Part shown: in pieces, positions 20,201-32,190 of the stretch
Position numbering within the stretch: the first letter of the stretch is position 1
How the letters are laid out: the number at the start of each line of letters is the position of its first letter
Assembly: GCA_977017575.1 (NCBI GenBank)
Contig: CDRNVI010000026.1
Coordinates: 186,001 to 250,000, forward strand
Length of the DNA stretch: 64,000 bases
Source of the DNA: Paramoeba atlantica
Lineage: Eukaryota > Protista > Discosea
Reading direction: 5' to 3'
The notes under the pieces: model-generated
The model's input: only the letters and a program-made list of their open reading frames with translations
Database searches by the model: none
Told to the model about the DNA's origin: nothing
Translations under genes and position numbers: made by a program

Positions 20201-23200
20201 AGCAACCATAAATATCGAAACTTACTTCGTATCCCCTTGTTCCTTTAAACCAACCTTTTTTAGAGAGTAATCACTTCAACTTCAGTTTCAATGTTCAAAT
20301 TAGCTCTCTTTCTGCTCTTCTGAACATGCAGCAACTTGAAATCTCCATCTTTGGCTTTCGGCAACAAGATTTTCAACGAGCACAGAATGGAGAAAAGGTC
20401 ATCCGGCGTTTCTGCGCCGCTGAAAATGGCATCCTTAGCCAAATACAAACGATCACGACGGATTGTATATCCTTCAAGCAGGTCTCCAATCTGATCATGG
20501 ATCATAGCAATTCGTTCTTCCCTTTGCTCCTTAACACTCTTGGCAGCAGTTCCCTTGTAGGTTGTCCAAATGCGGCGCATCGTCTTTGATAGAACGGGGA
20601 CGTCTGCAGAGGGAAGCTCACGACGGAAATATTCGGATACGGAAGTTGCCGCACGGCGATACACTTTCGACTTTCCCACAGTAAAGCTTCGCTGTATAAT
20701 GCAAAGTACTTGGGACACAAGTGCGAATGTCAACTTCCGTTGGCATACTGTCCACCCTTCGTAGACACAGCATGCTTCCTGGACTCTCTTTTGGTCCAAC
20801 CCACGCTTGGCACACTTTGCCACAACTTCAGGACCTAAGGTTTGATGATCTTGCGGCTTATTGCAAGAGAGGCAAATGTTGCAGCGAACAGGCACGCAAA
20901 ACTCGAGCAATGGCCGCACATTTCAAGTGAGGTGCATTCCTCATTAGTGTGCTCGTTGCCGCAATCAAGGCAAGAGGAAGGAGTCCGAGCACGGAACTAA
21001 GTAACCTTATCGCAGTGAAAACAGTGCAAACGCACATAAAGTTCAGCCATCACTTATGATTAAGAAAAACTTCAAGAAAAACGTTTAGCAGAAGATAAAC
21101 TCTATTCCTATACTAAATGACTTTAGAACACAAGGTCTACAACACTGAGTATAAATCTGCTTTACCATTTTTATTTCTGTCAAAAAAGCCGAAAAACAAA
21201 AACCGAAAGTCACAAAGGAATAGCAAAAAGTTTGAGTACCTGTAGATTTCTGTGAATCGCTGTGAGTCGCTGTGAGTATTTTTTTGCGACAAAAAATGGC
21301 GATCTAGAGACTCACCATTGGCCCCGAGCGCCTGGGTCATACAGTGTATAGTCATCCCCTGCCCGCCCGAACGCTCGTTTCAAGCTGCTTTAAGAATTGT
21401 GGGCAACACTTTAGGGGTCCCCGGAGAGAGCCTGCTGCTGAAGGACATTTCCGGCGAAGCTACCCCCATCACCGACTGGGAAGGGCTGGACAGAGCGCAA
21501 AGAGTCGCGGTCAGCCTCACCCTTCCCCCCTTTCCCCCAGGGCCTAGCGATGGGGCCAAGTCAAGGTGTATGACGGGACACACCATGGCATGGTCTCCGC
21601 CCCAGGGGTGAGTGCGGCGCACGACATCCCCGCCGGTCTGAACGAGGTCCTGGGTATCCCCCGGATCATGACCGGTGCCTGGGAGCCCCGCAAATACGAA
21701 GAAGGGCTCCTTTGGTGTTTCCTTCCCACAGAAACCCTGGTAAGCGAAACGGGCTGTACCACCCGTGTTGTTCAATGCAACCTCCGCAGAGGCTGTATCG
21801 AGGCAAACCCAGGTCCTCGGTCTAAGACGAGGAGGGCCCGGAGGGAGACCCAAAATGTCCTTACACCCGGCGCTACAACCCCTACCCCGGGTGGGGTAGG
21901 TACTATTATGGAGGGAATCGGGGCCTCTACATCTCCTCGTAGCTCCTCCCGTCAGGAATGCGAGTGCCCCACCTCTCCTCCGCCGCCTTACCCCCATCTA
22001 GCTGGGACGGACCCCCCCTACGAGGCCCCCAGTGTCACGCCCCCCAATACCCAAGGCGCGGTGACGGAGCAGGGTGACATCACGCCCTACCCGGACAGCC
22101 TGGCACAGCTCCTTGAAAGGGGCTCGCTGCGTACCCTATACGCAGTTCAATACCCTGCCTGGATGGACTACACTAAGTCTGTGTGTAGCAACTTCCTGGG
22201 GAAGTCGTATGAAGGCAAAATTAAGATCGCCTGGGATCTACTCCTCGGGGTTAAATGGTTTCTGTTTTTCCCCGAGGACAAACTGTCCCAAAGGCAGCTG
22301 GCTAGGGAGCTTCGCAAACGGGCTCACCTCGAGGGGTCGGAAACCATAGCTCCGATCCCCCTCCCCACCGACAGCTTCCCCCGATCCGTCATCAAACGGG
22401 TAATAGAGCTGATTCGGGCGGGGGCTTTTTCCATGGCGGCCAAAATTTTGGAAGCCCCCTCGATCCACCGGCAAATCCGGCCACGGCGGGGGAACAGGCG
22501 AGGAGGTCCATCATCCGGTCACCCCCAAATTTGTCTATGACAAAGTCATACATGGACCCCTCCCGTCGGCGGCGGATGTTGCCCGGAAGGCAACAAGCCT
22601 GGCGCCGCTTAGAGCGCCAGGCCCGTCCGGATGGACAAAGGAACTCCTGGTCCCCATCCTTCAGGAGGACGACCCGAGAGACGTGGTCACTTGGATCATC
22701 CAAGGGATCCTAACCAACTCCCCCCCCCACGATGAGGGATTTTCTCACTGGAGCAAACCTCAAGCTTTTCCATAAGCCTGGGGCCCCGGTGGGACATCAC
22801 TCATCCTACAGGCCCATAGCCATGTGGGAGGTCCTACTGAAGCTCGCGGGGCTACTGGCCCTCGAGCAGGTCAGGGACCATCTCCCAGCAGTGTTTCAGG
22901 GCCTTCAATTTGGAGCCCAATACACCCAAGGCTGTGAGCATGTCATATACGAGATGAGAGATCACTTTCGTGACAGGCCCGACGAGGTGGTCGTGGCGGC
23001 CGACTTGGAAAATGCTTTCAACAGCATTTCACGCGAGGCCATTTTCCGCGCCCTAAAAAGGTACCCTAACGTATCCCCAATGATAGGGATCTCCCTTTTC
23101 GGGTACGGGACCCCTAGTAAACTCCACCTGGGGGAGGGGATATCCCTAGCTCCCGGGGGGTCAAACAAGGGGACCCGATGGCGTCCATCCTGTTCGCCTT

Positions 23201-25076
23201 AGGGATTCTGGGGGCCATCTCGGCCGTGGCAGCCAAATACTCGGGTTGCCTTAAGCTATGGGCATATCTCGACGATATAACCATAGCCGCGGAACCCGAG
23301 GTGTGCGTTAAGGCCCTTGGCTCCTTGGAAGAGGAGATCAAGTTTTTGGGCTTAAAGCTCAACATGGCCAAGTACAAGGTGGCTACCCGCCACCGGGGAC
23401 TGTCTTCGGCTTTCTCGGGGAGCCGGATGCAACACGGTCCGGGGGGACTGAAACTTCTGGGGGCGTACATTGGCGCCTCGGAAGCGCGGGAAGAGGAATG
23501 GGTCCTCTCCAAGGTCCCCAAGGTCACTAATTTCTTGGGTAAACTCAAGGATTTACCCAGACAGTGCGCCCTCCCTCTCCTCCGCCTTTGCGGGAACCCC
23601 CGGTGGAACCACATAGTTCGCACGCACGAACCGGGGGTGACCAAAAAGGCGAACCTGCAGGTGGACGCGGCCATCACCGCATGCTCCGAAGCTCTTATCG
23701 GGGGGATGGGTGCAATGGGAACGACGCCGTTCGTAAATAAACTTTTTACGGCGGACTTCCTGGACACCATCCCCTTCGAAGACAAAGCGGAGGACATGCA
23801 GGCAAGAGCAGTCAAGGCCTTACAAGGCCAGCCCCCCGGCACCCCAGCCAGGGAGCAGAGACGCGCCTATTGGGCGGCTGCTCTGGACGAGGCACCGTTG
23901 GCCACGCATCTGGTCTGCATGCGCCAGATACAGAACATCCACTCGTCCAAGTGGATGAATGCGTGGCCGAACAGGCCGGAGTACTACATGCGGGATCCCG
24001 AATGGGAGACCGCCGCTAGACTCCGGTACCTGGTGGCCCCCACCTCCGAACCAGAAATCGAATGTGTGTGTGGCGCGGCCCTCAAAAATGAGGAGTTCTG
24101 CGTCCACGCCATGAATTGTAAAAAGGTTCGGGGGAAGACACAAGCCTCTCGCCACAAGGGGGTCAAGGAAACTTTCCGCAACCTACTAATCCAGTACGGA
24201 TTCTCCCCAGACCTAGTCGAACCTAGATTCGACAACGGTCGGGGACCGGACATTTGTTTCCTTTTGGGGCGGAAACTAGTCCTAGTGGACGTGACGGTGG
24301 TAAACCCACTGGCCCCGTCCTACGTGGATAGGGAGGCAGCTGAGCCCTCCTTCACCGTGAGGCAGGCAGAGCGTCTCAAAAGGCGCACTCACGAGGAAAT
24401 GGCGGGGGCCAGGGAGATGGATTTCTTCCCTTTGGCCTTCACCACGTACGGTGTCCCCGGCCCCGAGACCCTCCAGTTTCTAAATCTGGTCGCTCGGAAG
24501 GCCACCGGCGAGAAGAATGGTTGCCTCAGCCATTTTATCATGGCTATCGGGGTAGCCATCCAAAAAGGGAACGCCCAGATAGCGCATGCCGCAGTACAAA
24601 ACTGGTACCGTAGGGGCGTGCGCTAATGGGCTCGGGGGACGACAAAAAAAACGGAACGCGCGAATGGTTGGGGAGCCACCTGCAGTCCGGGTGAAACGAA
24701 GCTGAGGGAGACCTTACCCTCCCTGAAAAGTTGAAAAGTTGGGTAGGGGAAAGTAGGAAAGTAAATAGAAAGGTGGGAAAAGTATGTCAAGAGGTGAAAA
24801 AGTGAGAGAAAGAGGAGAAAGAGAGTAAAAAATTTTCTATGTGAAGAGGTGAGAAAGTGAGAGAGAAAGTGGAGAAAGAGAGAAAAAGTTTCTTTATTTG
24901 CATAAAAACAAAGTAAAAAATAAAGCTACAACATGTGAAATGGCTAATTTGATTGCTTGTTTACAAATCATATACCCCCCCAATGGACCTACTTGGTTCG
25001 TCTACTGGGTAAAAATATAGATGCAATGCGGCGTTTTACATTTCTCCCCCCTATTAATTGCAAAAAAAAGGAAAAA
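17256..25076 (+). mobile_element. CRE-clade two-ORF element, duplicate copy (ORF1 17323-21547, ORF2 21566-24626)
   Basis: Identical to 861-8681 at +16395. Confidence 0.85.
18697..21316 (-). mobile_element. Harbinger-like transposon, duplicate copy (transposase 19056..20078, partner 20260..20919)
   Basis: Identical to 2302-4921 except 20056. Confidence 0.85.
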
Positions 25077-26590
25077 AGAACCAATCAACGTACATATTGG
25101 AGTACTCCAGGGCGACGCGCTTTCACGAATTTTATTTAACCTTGTGATGTTACGTTCGCAAGGCACGCTTTGTGATGTTGACACTACCTTGTGATGTTAC
25201 GTTCGCAAGGCACGCCCCACTTTCGGATACCATGACGGCCAGGACACCCATTTCTGCAAAGCGTTTGCCGACGACGTGACTTTCCTTATGCAAACTCCGA
25301 CGCATGCACAAAAAGTCGCTGAAATCTTCGAAACTGCGCTCTCTTCCCTACTTATGAAGCCTAACACCTCAAAATGTCGCGTCTACTGCTTGGCACACAC
25401 CGTGGATTCACTACGCTCTCTCCTAAGCTCTCTCCTAAGCGATCTCTCTAAAAAAAATCACCCTTTTTTTTGACCCGGCTACTTATGCGCAATTTTAGGC
25501 CAAAACCTGGTTGCGTTTAAGTGGGGGGGACAGTAGTCACACAACACGTATTAGAACGGCGCATGGAATGGGAGCAAACTCTTGACTCCGCACACCACCA
25601 CAGACCCGCTATCCTCGCAGCCGACCGACTTCATGGCAGACAGAGCGCCAGAGCATGGGTCCGCCGATACACCGAAAACGAGCTGATAGCTGAGTATCGT
25701 CGCCGCGCTCCCGTCGCCGCTAAATGGTTTAGTGAGGAGACAGATGCTGAGTTAGCTGAGGATTTTGCGCGAGCTCTGCACAATATACATGGAAAAGAAC
25801 TCTCTCGGTTTACCTCGATGGTCATGATCAGTTACGCCCCTCCGAGCCTAGCTAACTCACGTGCATGGGGGAAGGCTGATGGACACGTCATCTGTCCGAT
25901 CTGTCGTGAAAGGAAGCAAACCTTACGACATGTCCTAACCAGCTGTACAACATCTCTCTTACAAGGCCGTTATACATACCGACACAATATGATTCTGAAG
26001 GTCCTACTAGACACGCTTCGAAGTTGGTCACATACGAGCAATGTATTTTGATCTACCTGGCAACCCCTCCGAGGAGCACCCACCATCATGGCTAGCAAAC
26101 TTTAGCACGCTACGACCAGATGGGTGGATTCTCCTAGAAGATGGCTCAGAATACATCATTGAACTCACCTCCCCGTGGGAAGAAAATTTTGATCAAGCCC
26201 GCGAACGAAAGCGCGCAAAGTACGAGGAAATTCGCGCTACCGACAGGCAACAAACGTACGCACGAGCCTCATAACATTTGAGGTCGGAGCTCTGGGCAAA
26301 CTTAGCGATAGTACGCTCGATCTTTCCTGGGTATTCCCAAAAGATCATAAACACCACGTTCGCAAAACGCGTGAAAACTTTGCCCTTGCTGCACTGCAGG
26401 TTTCATTTAGGCTATATACTATGCGACAGAACCCCACCTCGAACCCACCACAAACAGCTTGAGTAGGAAAATCTCTTTCGGAACAAGATCCTGATCTTTG
26501 CCAGGATTATCCGGAATGAAAATCTCTAGTGTACAACACGGACGGTAGGGACAAATATTTGACGAAAAATTCTTTTTTTCAAAAATGATT
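25077..26590 (+). mobile_element. Family A copy 2, 3' half: RT core, zinc knuckle and RLE (frameshifted, thumb region missing)
   Basis: GVLQGD, FADD, CPIC..RHVLTSC, RHN, LRPDGWILLEDGSEYIIELTSPWEE, KRAKY, TFEVGALG, stop at about 26462. 3' limit approximate. Confidence 0.85.
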
Positions 26591-26676
26591 GTAATTATAT
26601 CTATACAGGGCATTACCTGTAGAGTAATAAAGTCTAACAGGACGTACGCATATGACGTCGCCTGCTAGACCATTTG

Positions 26677-27522
26677 CTAACCAAAGCTTTGGTTGTCCCA
26701 TAAAGGGGATTCCCTTTTCAGCCAGAGTTGAAAGCTGCTCCGGATCGCCGTTCGGATGACTTCGACACGGCACTTATCTGAGAGTGCCTTGTCACCCAAA
26801 AAGAGACGGTTGATGTGACGCAGCGTCGTAGAAGGGAGACCTCTAGCTCCAACTTCAAAGCATATCAAGTGGCAGTCTGAGTACCTTATTTTTCGTCGGT
26901 GTAGAATATTTATGTACTTTTCTACTTTTCGGCAGTGGGCTTCGTGTACGTTTTCCTCCCAGGGCATCGTCAACTCAACGATAAATTCAGTTCCGTCGTT
27001 GAGTTTGACGATTCCATCTGGGCGAAGCTGTGTTTCCAGGTCGGACCACCATGCGGGTAGTTGACGTAGGTGTGGGAGATCAAAATGTGCCTCTGCGGTA
27101 TGGGGGGAAGAGAGTATCGCGTTTGCAAAGGTGGAGAGTACACAATCATGGCGATATGTGTAACGTCCCTGTTCTAGTGATACCTTGCACGAGGATAAGA
27201 GGTGTCGTAATGTTTCCGGTTCTTGTTTACAAATTCGGCATTGTACTGTATCTGTGCCGTGAATTCCCCATGTCCTCAGCATTGTCCTAGTAGGGAGAGT
27301 GTTTTGTACCATTAAAGAAGTTGCGAAGCGGCTAAGGGAAGTGCTACGTAGTCCGTTTATCGCGGCGCTGAAATCTTTCGCCTGTTCTTCATCGGAGGCT
27401 ATATCCCACCACTGAATAGCGAACGTTGACCTGCGGCGTAGTGCGTTGATCATTCGGTCCTCATTAAGCTCAAGAAGAGTTCGTTTTGCGAGGTCGCGAT
27501 CCTCCAGTATGTGTGATGTCAC
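26677..27522 (-). CDS. Family B C-terminus: CCHC knuckle and restriction-like endonuclease (separated from the main ORF by one frameshift)
   Basis: CRICKQEPETLRHLLSSC, RYTYRHD, LRPDGIV, IVELTMPWEE, KVEKY, CFEVGARG. Confidence 0.9.
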   Translation of the reverse strand: MTSHILEDRDLAKRTLLELNEDRMINALRRRSTFAIQWWDIASDEEQAKDFSAAINGLRSTSLSRFATSLMVQNTLPTRTMLRTWGIHGTDTVQCRICKQEPETLRHLLSSCKVSLEQGRYTYRHDCVLSTFANAILSSPHTAEAHFDLPHLRQLPAWWSDLETQLRPDGIVKLNDGTEFIVELTMPWEENVHEAHCRKVEKYINILHRRKIRYSDCHLICFEVGARGLPSTTLRHINRLFLGDKALSDKCRVEVIRTAIRSSFQLWLKRESPLWDNQSFG

Positions 27523-30500
27523 ATGCTGGTCGAACTTGGCCTCTCCTGCGCTTATGTTCTTCAGCCCGTATTCTTTCCTGCAGTGCGGCGGTAACGTTCG
27601 GGTCTCGGGACCGCTTCATTTGACAGAGAAGATCAGCTGTACAGTCCTCCCAGAGTCTGGACAAGCTGCAGATGTTCCATCCACGCTGAGAGTAGATTGC
27701 TTCGCTGCATGTAGTTCTAGCCGCATTGATCCACCGTTTCAGGGAGTGAGTACACATTTTCTGAAGGCGTAAAATAAAGTTTAGCGTGATACATGGGTGT
27801 ATAGTAAAGGTGAAGCGTAGCCGAGAGATGATTGCGTGTTGATATATCCAAATTTTTGATGGGAGGTCGTGGGCCGACTGGTCAATGTTATGAAGCCATC
27901 GCTTCAATAAGGGCCTAACTTTCGTGAAAAGGGCTCGGGATTGTTGAGAACCGGGGGCAATATTCATGCCAAGAAACGTACTTCCTTCGTCGCATATATG
28001 CGGTATAGCTTCGTTCTTGATGAAAATTTGAGGACGTCGTGTCATGTAGGCGGGGTGTTCATCATTTTTCTTGGACGCCATATATTGGACTCTGCACTTT
28101 TTGACGTTGATGGAAAGGCCAAGCGAACTGAGTACCGTGGATAGTGTTTCAACAGCCAGTTGCATTTCTTTTTCACTATTCGTCAGGACCGTGAGATCGT
28201 CGGCGTACGCTTTTAGGAAGCTTTTTGGAAATCCAGGGAGGTTCAATCCAAATGAGGGAAACGATTTTGCCATGTAACGTAGGGCTAGCTCCATAATCAC
28301 CAGAAAGAGCGTAGGAGAGAGAGTGTCACCTTGTAAGACACGTCGTTTAGCTGGGATCGCGCTGGACAGACCTTCGTAACATTTAATGCGGGTACTTGCG
28401 TCAGTGTATAAGCATTGGACGTATTTAATAATGTTTAGGGAGATTCTCGCCCATTCCAGTGCTTCAAAGATGATGTTGCGGGGGACTGAACCAAAGGCGT
28501 TACTGAGGTCTAGCTGGGCCATGCAGTAGTTCCACTTGTTCTTCCGGTAGTGGCGTAGGAGCTCTGAGAGGGATTGCGTATGTTCGAGAGTACCGTTAAT
28601 GGCGGGGAGAAAGCCTTTCTGTATCTTGGGGTCAATGACAGAGGCTTCAAGTAGGAATTTCGTCATTTTCCGGCTGATGATGGAATGCAGGAGTTTCCCT
28701 AGTACGCTAGTCAGGCCGATGGGACGCCAGTTTTGTGGGTTGTCAGGCTCCCCTTTTTTGTAAATGAGGCGAGTGACGGATATTTTCCACGACGTCGGAC
28801 ATGTGCTGAAGCGCACTAGCGCGTTGAAGACGTTTGCCATGTGGGTGTGGGAGCTGTGGCATCGCTTTAGAGTCTGGTACGTAATGGAGTCCTGGACTGG
28901 AGCACTGCTGTTTTTCTTTGATGTGAGAGCGTTCGAAATGTCGATTGAAGCCAGTTCGTCCCAGGTCATTTCTGCCAGAGGACGGTTTCCGAGGACGTCG
29001 TGGGGTGGTAAGTGATGCACTGTAGTGGGGTCCGTAAGTAATGTTGTGAACACACTTTCCACTTTCTGTACATTGCAAGTCGGATAGGCCGGTACACTTT
29101 CTGCTTCTGTCCTTTTGTCCAAGGTTTGACTCGCAGCCGTCCATGGATTGCGGTTGAATTGTTGAAGTGCCCAGCGACTTTCCAGTTCCCGTTTTTGGGC
29201 CATGGCTTCTGCGCTGTATATACGTTCCGCCTTTTTGGTTTCCTTAATCTTTTGTTTCAACGCCATGCGGGGAGCCTTGCCGTGTGTGTATCGCAGCTTC
29301 ATTTGTAGTTGTTTTACATGTCGAGAGAAGGAAAAGGCAACTTTTTCGCTTTCTAATGGACGGACTTTCCCCTTTATGTGTCCTCGAGCCGTTCGGATAA
29401 TGAAACCCTTCCTGGAGTCGACGTCTCGCGCCACTTCATATGCCGACACCGCTAGTATTGCACTCAGTAGTTCTGCGTTATGGACGGCGGATAGTGCGTC
29501 GCCAGAGACAGTGAGCAAGGTGTTGCATCTGTGGAGGGCCCTACGTTCCACCTCGTGCCAGTGCGCGTCAGCCAAGTTTATGTTTAACTTGCCCCCCTGG
29601 ATGTATCGTGCCGTGCGGAAAAGGTACTCCGTCTCGTCGAGTAGTCTCGGAGAGGAAGCGGAAGTGGGGGGGTTAAGTTCGGGGTGTTCTTGCTCTTGTC
29701 CTGCGTTGGGGCTCCCCTCAGAGTCTCCTTCGATTCCCTGATCGAGGGATGGTCCATAGATTTTGCAGCATGGATGGCTGCATTTGAGTTTACTTATGCA
29801 TCGATGTTGGCATGGGTGCGTCCGCTTCAAGGAGGAGGCGTGGTCACGCGAAATAATCTCGTATGGTGGAAGTGTTGGGACCGTTTGGGGCTTTGATGGC
29901 TGTACTTCTTCTTTGTCGTCGGTGCGAAGGAGCAGAACGATCCGAAACGCCGATAACCCAGGGACCGCTCTCCCGTTCAGTACCTTGTTTACCGCTTTAC
30001 CCATTGAGCTAGGTGATGCGTAGTGGTTGTACAATTCCAGGCGGCTGTCGTGAAAAAGAGATACCCAGTTCGCGTGGCGAGAAATGTGACTTGTTGAGTC
30101 TACTCTACTAACTTCTAAAAAGTCACACGCTCTCTTTTCCATAAGTTCGTCTACGGTACATGTTTCTACGACGATGTCGTGTGCTGCACTTTTCCCATTG
30201 AGCGCTTTGGACAGGGCGGCTTCAGCCCCCTGGGGGGAAGGGATACGACTACGCACAAGTTGGCTTACGCATGCTGCATGCACATCCGGGAAATATCTCC
30301 ATGTGTTGTCGTTGACGAGGCGGAGTTTGACAGGTTTTGACCGGGACTGGATAAAGTGGAAACGTTGCTTGTGTCGGTTATGGGTTACGGGATGCGTGGG
30401 GTCCTGGGGCGGCGGGAGATACTGTGACGGGCTGTCGGGAGTTTGTGTGGGAATCTGGGGACCCTCGGATTCATCCGAATGTAAATGGGTGTCCAGTTGT

Positions 30501-32125
30501 GATGGGGGTAAGAGGCTTCCTTGTTCACGCGGCGGGCTTTGCATTCGCCCTACGCTGTGCGCTTGTTGGAAAACCCAGGATGGGGCTTCGTCATCGCCAT
30601 TCTCATTCCGCGGACTGTGTTGGTGTGCTGGGGAAGATGAGTCCAAGAGAATGATACTTTCCGGTGCCTTGTTTTTGGGAGTCGGGATGGTTGGTTCCCT
30701 GGCAACGGCACGGTCAGCTGTCGTAGTGGTTGCGTTTAGGGACGGTGTGACGAGATTCTTGGGAAGGGTACATGGGCCGGTGGGTAGAGTATCCTGCCCA
30801 TCCAGTTTGCTTATCGGTGTGTCAAGCGAAGTCAACGGTGTGCCAGTGCGTTTGCAGCAAGGATGGCCGCACCCTGCTTTGTTCTTACATTTATGCTTAC
30901 AGGGCTCGACACGGTCTGCTTGTTCGGAGGCGGGGCCTAGGCCTTGCTTGCAGCACACGTGCTTACATTGATCTTTACTCTTGCAGATATGCTTGCATAC
31001 GCTAGTTAAGGCGTGGACCTGAAGTTGTGTTTGAGATTTAGGTTTGGGGAGGCTTTGGGAGTCCGGAGTTTGACATGGAACGCCGTTGAAAAGTAGGAAT
31101 TTGGCAAGCGAGCAGGCAGTTGATGCGACGGCACGACCGACGGTAACAGTGGGTGATTTTTGATGGGGAGTAACCTCTTTGGGTGGGGGTACATGTAAAT
31201 CGTGTTCGTCTTTTGGACAGGGTGCTATTGTGTACGACAAGCGTTCCTGTCCGGTGCTGCTGTGAGGTCGTACGGTTACCGCCGGGGTTGAGGGAGTGCC
31301 GTTAGCGTACGGTTGAGTGCGGCTTGAAAACAGATATCGTGTTGCAGCTCGCGCTGCCATGCCAAGTAGGTTGCTTGATTTCGGTACTTTCACATCCTGT
31401 GTTACGCGGTCACGCGTGCATGGCGGTGACGTTTCGTCCCTTTGTCGCGTACTTGGAGCTTCTTTGGGCCCGGATTCTTGACCGCTCGCCGTAGTGCTCG
31501 TGAGTTCGTATGTTGTTGGTGTAAGATTACGTTTGCAACATGGGCGCCCGCAGGTCTGTTTGTTTTTACAGACATGCTTACAGGGTGTGCTACGTTGTAC
31601 CGGCATTACACTCACAGCCGTGATCACCTTCACGTCTTCTCTTGCATCCACCGGTGCGTCACTTCTCTTATTGTTGTACGTATCCGGTTTTGCTACGCGT
31701 ACCAGGTGTCGTTTGCAGCATGGGTGTTCACAGTGAGCTTTGTCCTTGCAGCGGTGTTTGCATTCCGGAACCGTTTGTTGTGTGGTGGGGGTGACGGGGT
31801 GAGGGGGAAGTTCGTTTGTGTGAGGAGTGACCAGGATATGTGGCCGCGTTACACCCCGCTTGCAACAGGGGTGTCCGCAGGTGCTTTTGTCCTTACAAGG
31901 ATGTTTGCATGGAGCTGGGGGTGCTTCTCCTGTGTCGCTGGTAAGGGACTCATTGCTCTTTTGGGATACGAGAGCCTGGACGGTTCGGGTAGCAGATTTT
32001 GCAACCCTGTCTGTGGGAGTGCCTTTCAGGGACAGGTTTTTGTTTTGGTTAGACACGTCGTGTGGTCTCTGAGAAGAGTCCTGCGACGCCTGGTGTGTGC
32101 CCTTCCCTAGTAGTAAGCAAAACAT
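27470..32125 (-). CDS. Family B polyprotein: six CxHxCx5CxHxCCK motifs, NUMOD1-like domains, reverse transcriptase
   Basis: WRPIGLTSVLGKL, QKGFLP, LDLSNAFGSVP, VLQGDTLSP, KAYADDL. Confidence 0.92.
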   Translation of the reverse strand: MFCLLLGKGTHQASQDSSQRPHDVSNQNKNLSLKGTPTDRVAKSATRTVQALVSQKSNESLTSDTGEAPPAPCKHPCKDKSTCGHPCCKRGVTRPHILVTPHTNELPPHPVTPTTQQTVPECKHRCKDKAHCEHPCCKRHLVRVAKPDTYNNKRSDAPVDAREDVKVITAVSVMPVQRSTPCKHVCKNKQTCGRPCCKRNLTPTTYELTSTTASGQESGPKEAPSTRQRDETSPPCTRDRVTQDVKVPKSSNLLGMAARAATRYLFSSRTQPYANGTPSTPAVTVRPHSSTGQERLSYTIAPCPKDEHDLHVPPPKEVTPHQKSPTVTVGRAVASTACSLAKFLLFNGVPCQTPDSQSLPKPKSQTQLQVHALTSVCKHICKSKDQCKHVCCKQGLGPASEQADRVEPCKHKCKNKAGCGHPCCKRTGTPLTSLDTPISKLDGQDTLPTGPCTLPKNLVTPSLNATTTTADRAVAREPTIPTPKNKAPESIILLDSSSPAHQHSPRNENGDDEAPSWVFQQAHSVGRMQSPPREQGSLLPPSQLDTHLHSDESEGPQIPTQTPDSPSQYLPPPQDPTHPVTHNRHKQRFHFIQSRSKPVKLRLVNDNTWRYFPDVHAACVSQLVRSRIPSPQGAEAALSKALNGKSAAHDIVVETCTVDELMEKRACDFLEVSRVDSTSHISRHANWVSLFHDSRLELYNHYASPSSMGKAVNKVLNGRAVPGLSAFRIVLLLRTDDKEEVQPSKPQTVPTLPPYEIISRDHASSLKRTHPCQHRCISKLKCSHPCCKIYGPSLDQGIEGDSEGSPNAGQEQEHPELNPPTSASSPRLLDETEYLFRTARYIQGGKLNINLADAHWHEVERRALHRCNTLLTVSGDALSAVHNAELLSAILAVSAYEVARDVDSRKGFIIRTARGHIKGKVRPLESEKVAFSFSRHVKQLQMKLRYTHGKAPRMALKQKIKETKKAERIYSAEAMAQKRELESRWALQQFNRNPWTAASQTLDKRTEAESVPAYPTCNVQKVESVFTTLLTDPTTVHHLPPHDVLGNRPLAEMTWDELASIDISNALTSKKNSSAPVQDSITYQTLKRCHSSHTHMANVFNALVRFSTCPTSWKISVTRLIYKKGEPDNPQNWRPIGLTSVLGKLLHSIISRKMTKFLLEASVIDPKIQKGFLPAINGTLEHTQSLSELLRHYRKNKWNYCMAQLDLSNAFGSVPRNIIFEALEWARISLNIIKYVQCLYTDASTRIKCYEGLSSAIPAKRRVLQGDTLSPTLFLVIMELALRYMAKSFPSFGLNLPGFPKSFLKAYADDLTVLTNSEKEMQLAVETLSTVLSSLGLSINVKKCRVQYMASKKNDEHPAYMTRRPQIFIKNEAIPHICDEGSTFLGMNIAPGSQQSRALFTKVRPLLKRWLHNIDQSAHDLPSKIWIYQHAIISRLRFTFTIHPCITLNFILRLQKMCTHSLKRWINAARTTCSEAIYSQRGWNICSLSRLWEDCTADLLCQMKRSRDPNVTAALQERIRAEEHKRRRGQVRPACDITHTGGSRPRKTNSS

Positions 32126-32162
32126 GTCGTTGTAAAGGGTAGGGAAAAAAATAAAAAAAAAT

Positions 32163-32190
32163 CAACAAGGTACAGAAATGTCCTTTTAAA
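32163..32190 (-). other. Degenerate SL exon-like sequence at the 5' end of family B
   Basis: TTTAAAAGGACATTTCTGTACCTTGTTG; the last 16 nt are identical to the SL-like copy at 47360-47375. Lies 37 nt before the ATG at 32125. Confidence 0.7.

Larger units (their letters stand above)
16396..26097. repeat. Second copy of the large direct segmental duplication
   Basis: Same as above; this copy continues into the intact RLE domain of element A after 26097. Confidence 0.97.
26600..32190 (-). mobile_element. Family B RLE non-LTR retrotransposon, near complete
   Basis: 1551-aa ORF plus a frameshifted 281-aa RLE ORF. SL-like 5' end. 3' limit approximate. Confidence 0.9.
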
